Positions 42,998-53,291 of a stretch of DNA of 64,000 nucleotides are shown here, in pieces. How positions within the stretch are numbered: the stretch's first letter is position 1; the number at the start of each line of letters is the position of its first letter. The stretch covers positions 1 to 64,000 of the forward strand of contig CAWCBP010000008.1 in the NCBI GenBank assembly GCA_963793865.1, given 5' to 3'. The position numbers and the translations under genes are program-made. This DNA is from an uncultured delta proteobacterium (GTDB lineage Bacteria; Desulfobacterota; WTBG01). A model generated the notes under the pieces. That model did no database searches. It was given only the letters and a program-made list of their open reading frames with translations, and had not been told where the DNA came from.

Positions 42998-45900
42998 GAG
43001 AAAGCTCCTGCCTTGCCTGCTCAAGAAAAAAACCTGCCTCGCACCGCTCGAAAAGGTTTGCCGCCGCGGAAAAGCACCCGGCCGCCCTGCCATATTCCTT
43101 CCGGGCTTTATAAAGACGTCCCAGCGAGAGATAACCCTGTCCCTCGATGACCCTGGCACCTATCCGGTGTGCTGACGAAATTGTTGCGCGGTAGTGGGCC
43201 TCGGCATGCTTCGCGGCGAAGGGCAGGGTTTTTGCCAGAAACATGGCGTTCTTTACAATGCCTGCCCAGGAGACGGGTGCCGCTCTGCGGGCGAGGGCAG
43301 CGTAGATATCCCCGATAATGAGCCCGGAAAAGGTGTATCGCCACAGCGCCTGATTTTCCCTCCACCATCGCCGCGCCTTTTTGAGCATGCGCATCCCTTC
43401 GCTGAAACGGCCTTCGTATATGAGCACAACGGCTAAAAAGCACTCGGCCGGCGTGCCGAGATACCTGCAGCCTATGCTCCGCGCGAACTCAAGAACCTCC
43501 ACCAGCAGCTCCTTTGCCTTCCGGTAGTCTCCGCACAGGACGTAGCACATGCCCAGGGACAGCCGGGGGAATTGAGTGTAGAGAGGGTCTTTTGAAGTTT
43601 CAAGGGCAACTCTCGTCCAGTCAATGCCTGATACGAAATCACCCGCGCTCATGTGTCCCCAGGCCATGACCGTATTGCCCCAGGTAATGCCGCGGACGCT
43701 GGCGTTTTCCTGCCCGAGCGCCAGCAGCCTGTCACCTGATTTCCTCACCCTGGCGCATGCTCCCAATGCCCAGTATGCATAGCCGTCCGAGTCGTGGGAC
43801 TGGAAGAAGGGATAGCTTTCCCATGCCGTGCCGGCGGACAGCGCCCTGGCCTCCCGCCCGTGTGCTATGCCTTCCTCCATGCGCCCCAGGTCGACGCAGG
43901 TCCAGGCAAGCCAGGTGTGGGCATAGCCATTGACACTTTTGTTGCTTTCCTGCTGACCCAATTCAAGGGCTTTGCTCAGAAATCGGTGTGCATCCCGGAA
44001 CTGCTCGTTGCCCCACAGGCTCGCTCCCAGCCACACGTAAAAGATCCCGCGCCTTTCAGGATCATCAAGCGATTCAGCCTCCGGCAGGTGCTTTCTGAAG
44101 AGCGTCTCCAGCTCCCTGAAGGTTCCCCGGAAGTAGAAAACCGGGGCCCAGTTGTTCAGAAGATCAATCAGCGCTGTTGTATCTGCAGCCGGGCTTTCCA
44201 CCGCATTGATGAGCAGTTCATATGCTTCGCTATAGTACTGGTGCGCCTCTGTCACCGAGTACTGACGCAGGCTCTTCCCGGCGGATTGAACAAGATAGTG
44301 GATGGCCTTTCGCGGGGATTTGCCGTGTTTGAAGTGGAAGGCAAGCGTCTCCGGCGGCACCTCCATGCTGCCGGGAATCATCTGTTCCATCACCATCCCA
44401 AGCCGCTCGTGGATCTCCTGGCGCTCCTTTTTAAGGAGGCTCTTATACACCACCTCCTGGATAATGGCATGCCTGAAGCTGTAGCGGGGATCAGGGTGGG
44501 CAGCAGTGAGCCTGATCAGGTTGTGCTGTTCCAGCAGCTCAAGCTGCTCTGAAAGCTTTGTCTGATCATCGATGATCCTGGAAAGGATATCCCCGGAAAA
44601 ATGTTTGCCGGCGACGGCTGCCACCTGGAGCACACGTTTGGCCCCCGGAAAGAGACAATCAATCCGGGCGGCAACAAGTTCCTGTACGGTGCGCGGTACC
44701 GATGAGCTTTTAAGCGGTTTGGTAATATGCCAGGCGCCTTTCTTCTCAACCAGAACAGCCGATTCAATCAGGGTGTTGAGCATCTCTTCCAGGTACAAGG
44801 GATTACCGTCAGCTTTTGCCAGGATAAAACGCTCCAGTGCCGGAGGAACGGCATGGGGTTGCAGCAGTGATTCCAGGAGCTGCCGCGATTCTTCGGCAGA
44901 GAGGCCGGTCAGGTTTATGTGACGGCAGGGCAATCCCTCCGCAAACCCGTGCAGACCCGGTAAAACATGGGCCGCGGGCCTGAAGGTGTAAATAAAGAGG
45001 GCGGGACAGTTGAAGTCCCCGAAGGTCTTGATGGATTCCAGGGATGACGGATCCGCCCAGTGAATGTCTTCCAGGAAGAAGACGGTCGGCATGCGTTGGG
45101 TTTCTCTTTTCAAGAGTACCCTCATCGCATCATGAAGGCGCGATTTCCAGATCTCGGGATCCGCGGCGGCTGCCTCCCTGGAATCGACACCGTACAATCT
45201 TTCCAGGCAGGCGGCCAATGGCGTGCTCTCTTCCGTCGTGAACTTATAGGTGCCTTCGATTTTTTGCCGTATGACATCAACTGCATCACCCTCTCCGATG
45301 TGCAGCATGGAATTGAGCAGGTCTCGCAGCAGGGCATAGGAGATGTTCCTGGAATAATCATGGGCATACGCGCTGTGCCACCTTATTGCCCGGTCCTGCA
45401 ACGATGACTTAAACTCATGGACCAGCCTGCTTTTTCCCGTTCCGGCTTCACCGCAGATGGCGATAACCGATCCCTTTCCTACCCATAACCGGTCAAGGGC
45501 CTCGCACAGCAGTAGCATCTCCCGCCGCCTTCCGATGAGCGGACTTTGCAGTGCCCGGTGCGGGTTTATCTTGTGCGGCTGGGCAGGTGCGGACAGGACC
45601 CTGGAGATTAAAACCGGTTCGGACCGGCCCTGAACTTTTACCGGGACCGGAGGCTCAAAGATGAAGTATCCTTCAGACTTCCTGCGGGTATCCGCGCAGA
45701 CGAGTATGTCGCCCGGTTTTGCCAGCGCTTCAAGCCGTGAGGCAAGGCTGATGGTATCGCCCGAGATGCCGTAATCGCCGTTTGCCGGGTTGAGAGCGGC
45801 AGCCACCACCAGGCCTGAGCTGATGCCCGAGTGCATGGAGAGCGGGGGGATTTTTCTCCCCCTTACCTCCGGATGCAATGAAGCTATGACCCGGTGAATT

Positions 45901-46121
45901 TCCCGTGCCGCAAGAATGGCCCGTACAGGGTCATCCTCATGCGCTGCCGGCACGCCGAAGAACGCCACCACCGCATCCCCCATGAACTTTTCAATGAATC
46001 CTTCGTAGGCAGCTATTATTTTACCGATTGCTCCGAAGATGGCGCCCATCAGTTCATTCAGCTCTTCAGGGTCGAGCTGCCCGGAGAGGGCGGTGAAGCC
46101 GGAAAGGTCTGAAATGAGCAC
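42948..46121 (-). CDS. Class III nucleotide cyclase + STAND/AAA ATPase + TPR protein (true start uncertain; frame open to about 46217)
   Basis: (EKKYVTV)LISDLSGFT, EKFMGDAV, GDTISLASRLE, Walker A GEAGTGKS, Walker B LEDIHWAD, GNPLYLEE, FRHAIIQEVVY. Confidence 0.88.
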   Translation of the reverse strand: MLISDLSGFTALSGQLDPEELNELMGAIFGAIGKIIAAYEGFIEKFMGDAVVAFFGVPAAHEDDPVRAILAAREIHRVIASLHPEVRGRKIPPLSMHSGISSGLVVAAALNPANGDYGISGDTISLASRLEALAKPGDILVCADTRRKSEGYFIFEPPVPVKVQGRSEPVLISRVLSAPAQPHKINPHRALQSPLIGRRREMLLLCEALDRLWVGKGSVIAICGEAGTGKSRLVHEFKSSLQDRAIRWHSAYAHDYSRNISYALLRDLLNSMLHIGEGDAVDVIRQKIEGTYKFTTEESTPLAACLERLYGVDSREAAAADPEIWKSRLHDAMRVLLKRETQRMPTVFFLEDIHWADPSSLESIKTFGDFNCPALFIYTFRPAAHVLPGLHGFAEGLPCRHINLTGLSAEESRQLLESLLQPHAVPPALERFILAKADGNPLYLEEMLNTLIESAVLVEKKGAWHITKPLKSSSVPRTVQELVAARIDCLFPGAKRVLQVAAVAGKHFSGDILSRIIDDQTKLSEQLELLEQHNLIRLTAAHPDPRYSFRHAIIQEVVYKSLLKKERQEIHERLGMVMEQMIPGSMEVPPETLAFHFKHGKSPRKAIHYLVQSAGKSLRQYSVTEAHQYYSEAYELLINAVESPAADTTALIDLLNNWAPVFYFRGTFRELETLFRKHLPEAESLDDPERRGIFYVWLGASLWGNEQFRDAHRFLSKALELGQQESNKSVNGYAHTWLAWTCVDLGRMEEGIAHGREARALSAGTAWESYPFFQSHDSDGYAYWALGACARVRKSGDRLLALGQENASVRGITWGNTVMAWGHMSAGDFVSGIDWTRVALETSKDPLYTQFPRLSLGMCYVLCGDYRKAKELLVEVLEFARSIGCRYLGTPAECFLAVVLIYEGRFSEGMRMLKKARRWWRENQALWRYTFSGLIIGDIYAALARRAAPVSWAGIVKNAMFLAKTLPFAAKHAEAHYRATISSAHRIGARVIEGQGYLSLGRLYKARKEYGRAAGCFSAAANLFERCEAGFFLEQARQELSLTSLPSGSAEHSAPVS

Positions 46122-46658
46122 GGTGACATATTTTTTTTCTGCCGGCAGCGGGAGCGATGGTCCTTTCCGACAAAGAGTCTGCCTTATGAAAGGGGTCAGG
46201 AAGATTGCGAGGAAACATCATGTAAAGTGCCCGGCAGGTGATGTGGTATGGTTTTGTTGACGGACGATGCACTGCGGATTTCCCGGGCCGCCACAACGCC
46301 GTCTCAAGCTTTGGCGCAATCTTCAAGTAAGCAAATAAAAGGCCAGGAGGGTCCGGGAGGAACAGAACCCTGTATATGCAGTTCTTGTGAAGGAGCGGAA
46401 AGGGGTTCTTATTACCTTTCCCGGTGCTTATTCAGATGGAAGGACGCGCTTCGTGTATAACATATTGATAAAAGGTGTAAAAGTTTATGAACACATCTTT
46501 TAACTATAAAATATTCATATGTAAATAGTTCTTGAACTTTCATTAAGAATCCTATAAAAATTTTATCATTATGCTTCAATTGCGCACTTACCTATTGAGC
46601 ATGGAAGAAAAGTTCATAAGCCGGATGGTTATTACTGCCCTGATTGAGCGGGAACGGG

Positions 46659-49059
46659 ATGAAAAATAAGATTAATAATTTTGTCAATTGGTTCAGCCAC
46701 AGCCTTATTAAATACAGATATGGCTCTTTCTTTTTGTGCATCGTTATCACCGCATTTTTTATCTATCAATTAAAGGACATTTCTTTTAACACCAACCTGG
46801 GGGATTTTTATCCCTTAAAGCATCCCTATCTGAAGGTACAAAACCAGCTTGATGAAATATTCGGCGGGCTCAATCAGGTGGCCATCGCCATTGAGGTCAA
46901 AAACGGCACCATCCTGAATCCCGCGACATTGGAGAAGGTCTGGCAGATTACCAGGAAGCTCTATCTGACCGAGGGCATCAATAACGGGCGGTTGATGTCA
47001 TTATCCGCGAGGAAAAGTGAAGCATGTCGAGGCCAATGAGGAGGGGTTCAATACCTTTCGCCTGATGCACGATCCGCCGCGCTCGGAGGAGGAACTCAAG
47101 CTGCTGCGGGATAGAATAGTCGTCAATCCGCTCGTGTACGGGCCGATGGTTTCAAAGGACTTCAGGGCCACCCTCATCCAGGCTGATTTCGAGTCCACTG
47201 TTTCAAGCCGCACCATCTTTCAGTTGCTGCAGCAGATTGAGGCGCAGTATGAGGATGAGAATCACGCCATTTATATCGCCGGCCAGCCTGTTCTGCAGGG
47301 CTGGCTTGATTTTTATCTGCCGCGCATGAGCTGGCTTTTTGTCCTGGCAATTCTGGCCATGAGCCTGGTGCTGTATAATGTTTTTAAATCAAAGCGGGGG
47401 GTGCTGGTTCCGATCCTCTCCTCGGCAATGGCGACTGCCTGGGGACTGGGCATTACCGTATTGTTCGGCTACAAGCTTACGCCCGCGACCGTGCTTGCAC
47501 CCTTCCTGGTATTCGCGCTCGGCGTGAGCCACAATGTCCAGTACATTAAGCTCTATTATGAGTTTATGTACCGTGACAAAAAAAACTCCAGGCGCGCGGC
47601 CATGAAAACATCCCGCTCCCTGTTTGTGCCCGCGTTTACCGGGCTTTTGACTGACGGCATCGCGCCGTTCACCCTGCTGATTGTTCCCCTGGGCATGGTG
47701 AGAAGTCTGGCCATAGGAATCGGCTTCGGCATCCTGAGCATTTTCTTTTCAACCATCATTTTTGTTCCCTGCCTGCTTTCCTTTATGACGCCTCCAAAAC
47801 GCTATGAGGTTTTGCGGGAAGAGAAACCGACCATCACCAACCGGGTGCTGGGCTATTTTGCCGCCATCGCGGTGAACAAAATTTCTCGCTGGACGGTGAT
47901 TGTTGTGTTCTTTGCCTTAACGGCAGTAAGCCTGATCGGCATACGGCAGCTGGAGGTGGGAGACAAAAAGCCGGGAACCGCCCTGCTCTATGCCGGCAGC
48001 CCCTACAACAAAGCGGAGAAATTTATCAGCGAGCATTTTTTAACCTCTGACCCGTATTACATTTTTGTGGAGGGCGCATCCAGTGAGGCATTAATAGCCG
48101 TCAGCGCCCTCCGGGAAATGGACGGCCTGCAGCGCTACCTTGAAAAAGAGGTGGAGGGCGTGGGCCGCACCCTGTCGCTGGTTGAATATGTCAAAAATAT
48201 GAACAGGGTGATGTTTGCCGGGGACATGAGGGAATACCGCATACCTGAAAATGATCAGACCATAGCCGAATATCTGTTTTTATATTCCCTGACGGCGTTT
48301 CCCGGTGATTTTGACCCGGTGGTCAGCCCGGATTATAAATACGCCAATATAAAAGTTGACGTGAAGGACCATAAAAGCGCCACCATAAATGCGCTGATAG
48401 AGAAAACGGAAACGTGGATTCAAAACAATCACCGCAGCAGTGATATATCCTTTGCCTATGCCGGCGGCAATATCGGCATGCTTGCCGCGGTGAACCAGAT
48501 CGTCAAACCGATGCTCAGCGGAAATTCCTTGCTCACCTCCGCCCTGGTATTCTTCTGCCTGGTTGCGGCGTATGGTTTTGTCGCCGGGTGGCTTTTATTC
48601 CTTCCTCTGATTTTCAGGACCATCCTTGTTTTCGGCATCCTGGGTTTTCTCAAAATCGGGCTGACCTGTGAGCTGATTCCCGTCGTGGCTTTGGGCATCG
48701 GCTTCGGAGACGACTTCGGCATATATATTCTGTCACGGTTGATGGACGAGATGAAAGAAAGCGGCGGCAATTTGAAAAATGCCCTGGTCAAGTCCATGGC
48801 CACCTCAGGCAAGGCGGTATTTTTTACAGGGCTTACCCTGACCATAGGCATTGCCACCTGGATGTTTTCCGATATTTTGATGCAGGCGCGCCTGGGCGCC
48901 CTGCTGGCTTTTTTTATTTTCTTTAACGCCATAGGCACTCTTATCGTCATGCCGTCCATGATAATGACGGTGAGGCCCAGGTTTTTGACCAGAATAAGCG
49001 AGATGTCGTCGAACGAACATGCATCACTGCCGGTGGACGGGTTGAAAGCGGAGGTTTGA
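46659..49059 (+). CDS. MMPL/RND family transporter (frameshift near 47017)
   Basis: Two repeats of TM + large periplasmic loop + 5 TM; ALGVSH, GIGFGDDFGIY, SGKAVFFTG. Confidence 0.88.
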
Positions 49060-49085
49060 CAGAAGGATGTTACGTATTGCTGATC

Positions 49086-49137
49086 GGTAGGAGCGGCTTT
49101 AGGCCGCGAATGCATCGCGCGTGAACGCGCTCCTACC
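49086..49137. repeat. REP-like family B
   Basis: ggtaggagcggctttaggccgcgaatgcatcgcgcgtgaacgcgctcctacc. Confidence 0.85.
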
Positions 49138-49201
49138 GAAATCTCAAATATCCTTGGCTCGAGCTTGGGAAAATAAAAGGCGGAAAGGAGACAGACAGCG
49201 T

Positions 49202-49951
49202 ATGGATATGAAAAAAGAGGTGCACGTAAGCGCGAAGGACCTGATGGCCATGGTGCGGATGGAGCCGGGAAGGGTCGGGACCTACACCATAGTCCCCGGG
49301 CCCCGGGAGCGGCTGCAGTCTATTGTGGAAAAACTCGAGCATCCCGCCGAGGACTTTTCCTACCTGGAACATACCATGTATACCGGCTTTTATAAGGGCA
49401 CGAAGGTTACCGCGGTCAACGGAGGCATGTACAGCCCCCAGGGTGCCATTATGGCGGAGATAGTGTGCGCGGCGGGAACAAAGTGCATCATCCGCGCCGG
49501 ATCCTGCGGCGCTCTTGCTGAAGATATTGCCATCGGGGATCTGGTTATCGTGACCGGTGCGGTGCGGGGTGAGGGGACGACCCCCTATTATGTCCCGGAC
49601 AACTTTTCCACGGTTGCGGATGTCCGGGTTACCTCGGCCCTTATGAAGGCCGCGGAGATGCTCGGGGTTACCTGTCACCTGGGGCTGGCATGGACTACTG
49701 ATGCGCTCCTCAGAGAGACCAGGGAACGGGTCGAAGAGATGAGAGCCCTTAAGGTCAAGGCAGTGGACATGGTTTCATCCAGCATCCTGACGGTTGCCCA
49801 GCTGTACGAGGTGGCCGCAGGATCAATTCTGGCCGTAAGCGACAACCTGATTACCGGTGAACTGGGATTTATGAGTCCCCGGTATTACGAAACGGAAGCG
49901 AAGATGATCGACATTGCACTTGAAGCAGTGACCATCCTGGAAGGGAAATAA
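49202..49951 (+). CDS. Nucleoside phosphorylase (NP-I, DeoD/Udp-like), divergent
   Basis: PGPRER, IRAGSCGAL, VRGEGTT..Y, WTTDA, AVDMV, AVSDNL. Confidence 0.85.
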   Translation: MDMKKEVHVSAKDLMAMVRMEPGRVGTYTIVPGPRERLQSIVEKLEHPAEDFSYLEHTMYTGFYKGTKVTAVNGGMYSPQGAIMAEIVCAAGTKCIIRAGSCGALAEDIAIGDLVIVTGAVRGEGTTPYYVPDNFSTVADVRVTSALMKAAEMLGVTCHLGLAWTTDALLRETRERVEEMRALKVKAVDMVSSSILTVAQLYEVAAGSILAVSDNLITGELGFMSPRYYETEAKMIDIALEAVTILEGK

Positions 49952-49953
49952 GC

Positions 49954-50971
49954 ATGGACCTCCCTCTCCTGGCCTGGCCGGTAAAAGATGAGGGCGACGT
50001 TTTTTACATACTGGATGAAACAAAGACTTCCCGAGGAAACGGTCTATATTAAAGCCGGCACGTATCTGGAGGCCGCCGGTGCCATCGCGGGAATGCAAAC
50101 CAGGGCATTTGGACAGGTTTTGACCCTGTTTCATGCCTTCCTGATTACCGCCCGGCAAAACAGCGGTGAAAAGCCTGACGTGGTGCTTCCCCGCATCAGG
50201 AAAGTTGCCCGGGCGCTTGAGCAGTCACGCCCCACCTTTGCCTTTAGGGATTTGAGCGACAGGGTCATAAGCTGGGCGGAGCAGGCACTGGCGGAAGGGA
50301 GGGATATTTGCTCATTTTTGGAAGAGCGTATCCTTGGCTTCCTCGACCACCTGAAGGGGCTGCGCATCAAAAGGGCCGGTTCTGCCGCTTCATTGCTGCG
50401 TGATGGTGATGTCATTTTAACCCACTGCAATGTCAGCGGAGAGATGGTGCTTATCGGGAGGGCCTGCAGGCAGGAGGGAAAGACGGTACGGTTTTATGCT
50501 ACGGAGACCAGGCCCTATTTCCAGGGCAGATTGACGGCCTGGGAACTGGCCGGGGACGGCTTTGATGTGACCATGGTACCGGACAACGCTGTGGCGCACC
50601 TGCTCAGTGAAAAGCAGTGCCGGCTGGTGATGGTTGGTTCAGACCGCGTCGCCCTGAATGGGGATATCGTCAATAAGGTGGGGACCTTCCAGCTGGCGGT
50701 TGCGGCACGAACATTTGGGGTGCCTTTTTACGCGCTGGTGCAGGAGCCGGGCACGGTGGAACGGGGTGAGGATATTCCTATCGAAGAACGCGATGAGAAA
50801 GAGCTGCTTACCTACCGGGGGAGGAGGGTATATCCTGAGGAGTCGAAGGGCTACTATCCGGCGTTTGACAGAACGCCCGCTGAGTATATCACACGCTTGA
50901 TCACGTTCCGGGGAATTATCGACCCCCGGGAGCTTCCTCAGGCGTGGCAGCAGTTTGGCAATATGATGTAA
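49954..50971 (+). CDS. Methylthioribose-1-phosphate isomerase-like protein (MtnA/eIF2B family); frameshift near 50020
   Basis: MDLPLLAWP..YILDET/RLP, LTHCN, ETRPYFQG.LTAWEL, DN, GSDRVALNGDIVNKVGT, IPIEER, PAFDRTP. Confidence 0.85.
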
Positions 50972-51109
50972 GATGTGTGATGTGGGATCTTGAGGGGTGA
51001 TAAATCAGAAATCAGGAGTCAGGGACAGAAGGCAGTATTCCATAACTCCAGTACTCCAATACTCCAGCACTTTCAGGAAATCCGGTAGGAGCGGCTTTAG
51101 CCGCGAATG
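50972..51109. repeat. Intra-operon short tandem repeats plus REP-B half
   Basis: tcagaaa/tcaggag/tcaggga heptamers, (t)actcca(g/a) octamers, ggtaggagcggctttagccgcgaatg. Confidence 0.6.
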
Positions 51110-51140
51110 TACTAGCAACTATCAACAAGGAGCGAAGACA

Positions 51141-52598
51141 ATGAGAGTACTTTTTTTGCAGCCCCCTCTGGGAGCATGGGTTTACTGGGGTGATCATAAA
51201 CCCATTAATGTGAGCCATGCACAGATGTCGGCCTGCGTGCGGGAATGGGTGCCGGGCGCGGATGTCAGGGTGCTTGACTGCCGTGCCTTAAGTCTGGACG
51301 CGCAGCAGATGGTTAAGGCTATTCAGGACATTAACCCTGATCTGATTTACATGGGCGATGCCTACCAGATGACCGAGACCATAGCCATCGTGCCCCACTA
51401 TCAAAACGCGGCCCGGTTGATAAAGAAGGCACGCCCCGCCACGCCCATTTGTGTGGGAGGGTTTTATATTGCGGCAAACTATCAAAGCGTTGCCGAGGAA
51501 ACGCCCGAGTTTGATTTTGTGCTAGCCGGGGAACCGGAAATGACCTTACCAGAACTGTGCACAGTGCTCAGCAAACCTGAACCGGATCTTTCCTCGGTGA
51601 AGGGATTGCTTTACCGTCAGAATGGAACTGTAAGGCTCAATGAATACCGTCCCCTGATGAAAAACTTGGATGACCTTCCCATGCCGGCATACGATCTCTT
51701 CCCCATGGAAAAATACCAGGGATGGAGTACCCTGAAACACTATCAGGAAATATTCACCTCACGGGGATGTCCTTTCGGGTGCAGCTTCTGCATAGACTGG
51801 GTTACCATGGATCCCCGGGGAAACAGGGATTGGCAGCGTTACCGGACCAAGTCAGCCGCACGGGTAGTGGATGAACTGGAGCTCCTGAAAAAGGAGTATG
51901 GGATAACCTACGTCCATATCATGGATCTCAACTTTAATCCCAAGAGAAGCAAGGTTGAAGCATTTCTTAAAGAGATGCAAAACCGCAGGCTTGATATCAA
52001 ATACTGCTTTTTAGGTAATGCACATTCGTTTGTGCGGGACAGGGATTTGCTTGAGGACTTGCATAAAACCGGCTTTATTACCGGTGTCTTCGGTCTGGAG
52101 GTGGCGGATGAGGATGAATTGAAAAAGATGAACAAGGGCATTACGGTTGATGAGGTGCGGGAAGTTACGGAACAGTTTAGAAAGTACGGTATTGTCTCGG
52201 TGATCACCTGGATGATTGGTTTCCCCGATGATGATGAAACGATAATAAAAAAACGCTTCCAGGCATTGGATGAGATTGACCCTGATGTCTCGTCACTGCA
52301 GATGCTGCTGCCGGTACCCGGCATGCCCATGTATGAGGAGTGTAAGCCCTACATTGAGGAGCATGACCTCAAAAAATGGGATTTTCACCAGCCGGTGGTG
52401 CGCACCAAACATCTGACCAAAGAGCAACTCGGAGAGCTGGCTGCCTGGGCAAATAAAGAATTCTACACCAAGAAGGACCGTGTAGAGCGGGTTCTTTCAA
52501 GCACGGTATTGCATCCTGACAGCAAGGCCCTTTTCAAGACCTACATGGCAGGTATGGATGAATATGCGAAGAAGGCTACCGGCAAACAAGTGGCCTGA
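51141..52598 (+). CDS. Cobalamin-dependent radical SAM enzyme (B12-binding + radical SAM domains)
   Basis: AAGGAG RBS; MRVLFLQPP, ICVGG, GEPE.T, LDDLPMPAYDL, TSRGCPFGCSFC, GLE, MNKG, MIGFPDD, PVPG. Confidence 0.92.
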   Translation: MRVLFLQPPLGAWVYWGDHKPINVSHAQMSACVREWVPGADVRVLDCRALSLDAQQMVKAIQDINPDLIYMGDAYQMTETIAIVPHYQNAARLIKKARPATPICVGGFYIAANYQSVAEETPEFDFVLAGEPEMTLPELCTVLSKPEPDLSSVKGLLYRQNGTVRLNEYRPLMKNLDDLPMPAYDLFPMEKYQGWSTLKHYQEIFTSRGCPFGCSFCIDWVTMDPRGNRDWQRYRTKSAARVVDELELLKKEYGITYVHIMDLNFNPKRSKVEAFLKEMQNRRLDIKYCFLGNAHSFVRDRDLLEDLHKTGFITGVFGLEVADEDELKKMNKGITVDEVREVTEQFRKYGIVSVITWMIGFPDDDETIIKKRFQALDEIDPDVSSLQMLLPVPGMPMYEECKPYIEEHDLKKWDFHQPVVRTKHLTKEQLGELAAWANKEFYTKKDRVERVLSSTVLHPDSKALFKTYMAGMDEYAKKATGKQVA

Positions 52599-52662
52599 TA
52601 GGCTCCATGGTTCATAGTAATGCTTTCCGGTCAGGCGTGGAATTAAGGAGGAGGAATACAAC

Positions 52663-53136
52663 ATTAAAAAGAACCTGCTGCTATTCGGTGTCCCCGGAGA
52701 AGATTTTCCGGAGTTTTTAAAGGTGCACTATCCATCCGGGCAGTGGACGATCTGGTGCGCTGAGAGCAGGCCATTTGAAACCGTGGTGAGCGAAAGGCTT
52801 AAGGTGTTTATTGCCGCCGGCTATGAGACGGTTGTCATCGCGGACAACATGATTGGATTCTGCATGGCTCAGAAGAAAGTACAGAGTGTGTTTGTTTTTT
52901 ACCAGCGCCTGACCAGTGAGGATGCATCGTGCCAGGGAGGGAGCCTGCTGGTTGCGGTGCTTGCAAAAGAACTGGGGATTGACTGTAACCTCCACCCCAC
53001 GGATTTCGATCACGAAAAAGCGGCCATCAGGGATACCCTTTGTTTTGTGGGTGATAACATCGTCCCCCCGGGGGCGAAGAGTTTCATTCCCAGGGTGGAC
53101 CGGGTGGCATTGAGCTACTTTAAGGAGAGATGGTAA
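52663..53136 (+). CDS. Degenerate MtnA/eIF2B C-terminal-domain protein (probable ATT start)
   Basis: GGAGGAGG RBS 8 nt before in-frame ATT. CAESRPF, VIADNMIG and GGSLLVAVLAKELGI echo ETRP, DN and GT..LA..A...GVP of the upstream isomerase. Confidence 0.65.
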   Translation: MKKNLLLFGVPGEDFPEFLKVHYPSGQWTIWCAESRPFETVVSERLKVFIAAGYETVVIADNMIGFCMAQKKVQSVFVFYQRLTSEDASCQGGSLLVAVLAKELGIDCNLHPTDFDHEKAAIRDTLCFVGDNIVPPGAKSFIPRVDRVALSYFKERW

Positions 53137-53140
53137 AGAA

Positions 53141-53280
53141 CAGGGGACAGGGAACAGGGAACAGGGTACAGGGTACAGGGAACAGGGTACAGGGTCTTTC
53201 CCTACTGACTGCTTACTTCTGAATTCTGACTTCTGAATTCTACTGCTGAACTGTCAACCGCAAACTGAAAACTGAAAAAC
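53141..53280. repeat. Heptamer tandem arrays
   Basis: 8 x caggg(g/a/t)(a/c) at 53141-53196, then ttctgaa/ttctgac and aactgaa units. Confidence 0.85.
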
Positions 53281-53291
53281 AGGGTCCAGCT

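Noticed and set aside
51141..52598. Calling the radical SAM enzyme BchE, HpnP or HpnJ
   Set aside because: The domain architecture is shared by many B12-radical SAM enzymes, and no bacteriochlorophyll or hopanoid synthesis genes are nearby, so a specific name is unsupported.
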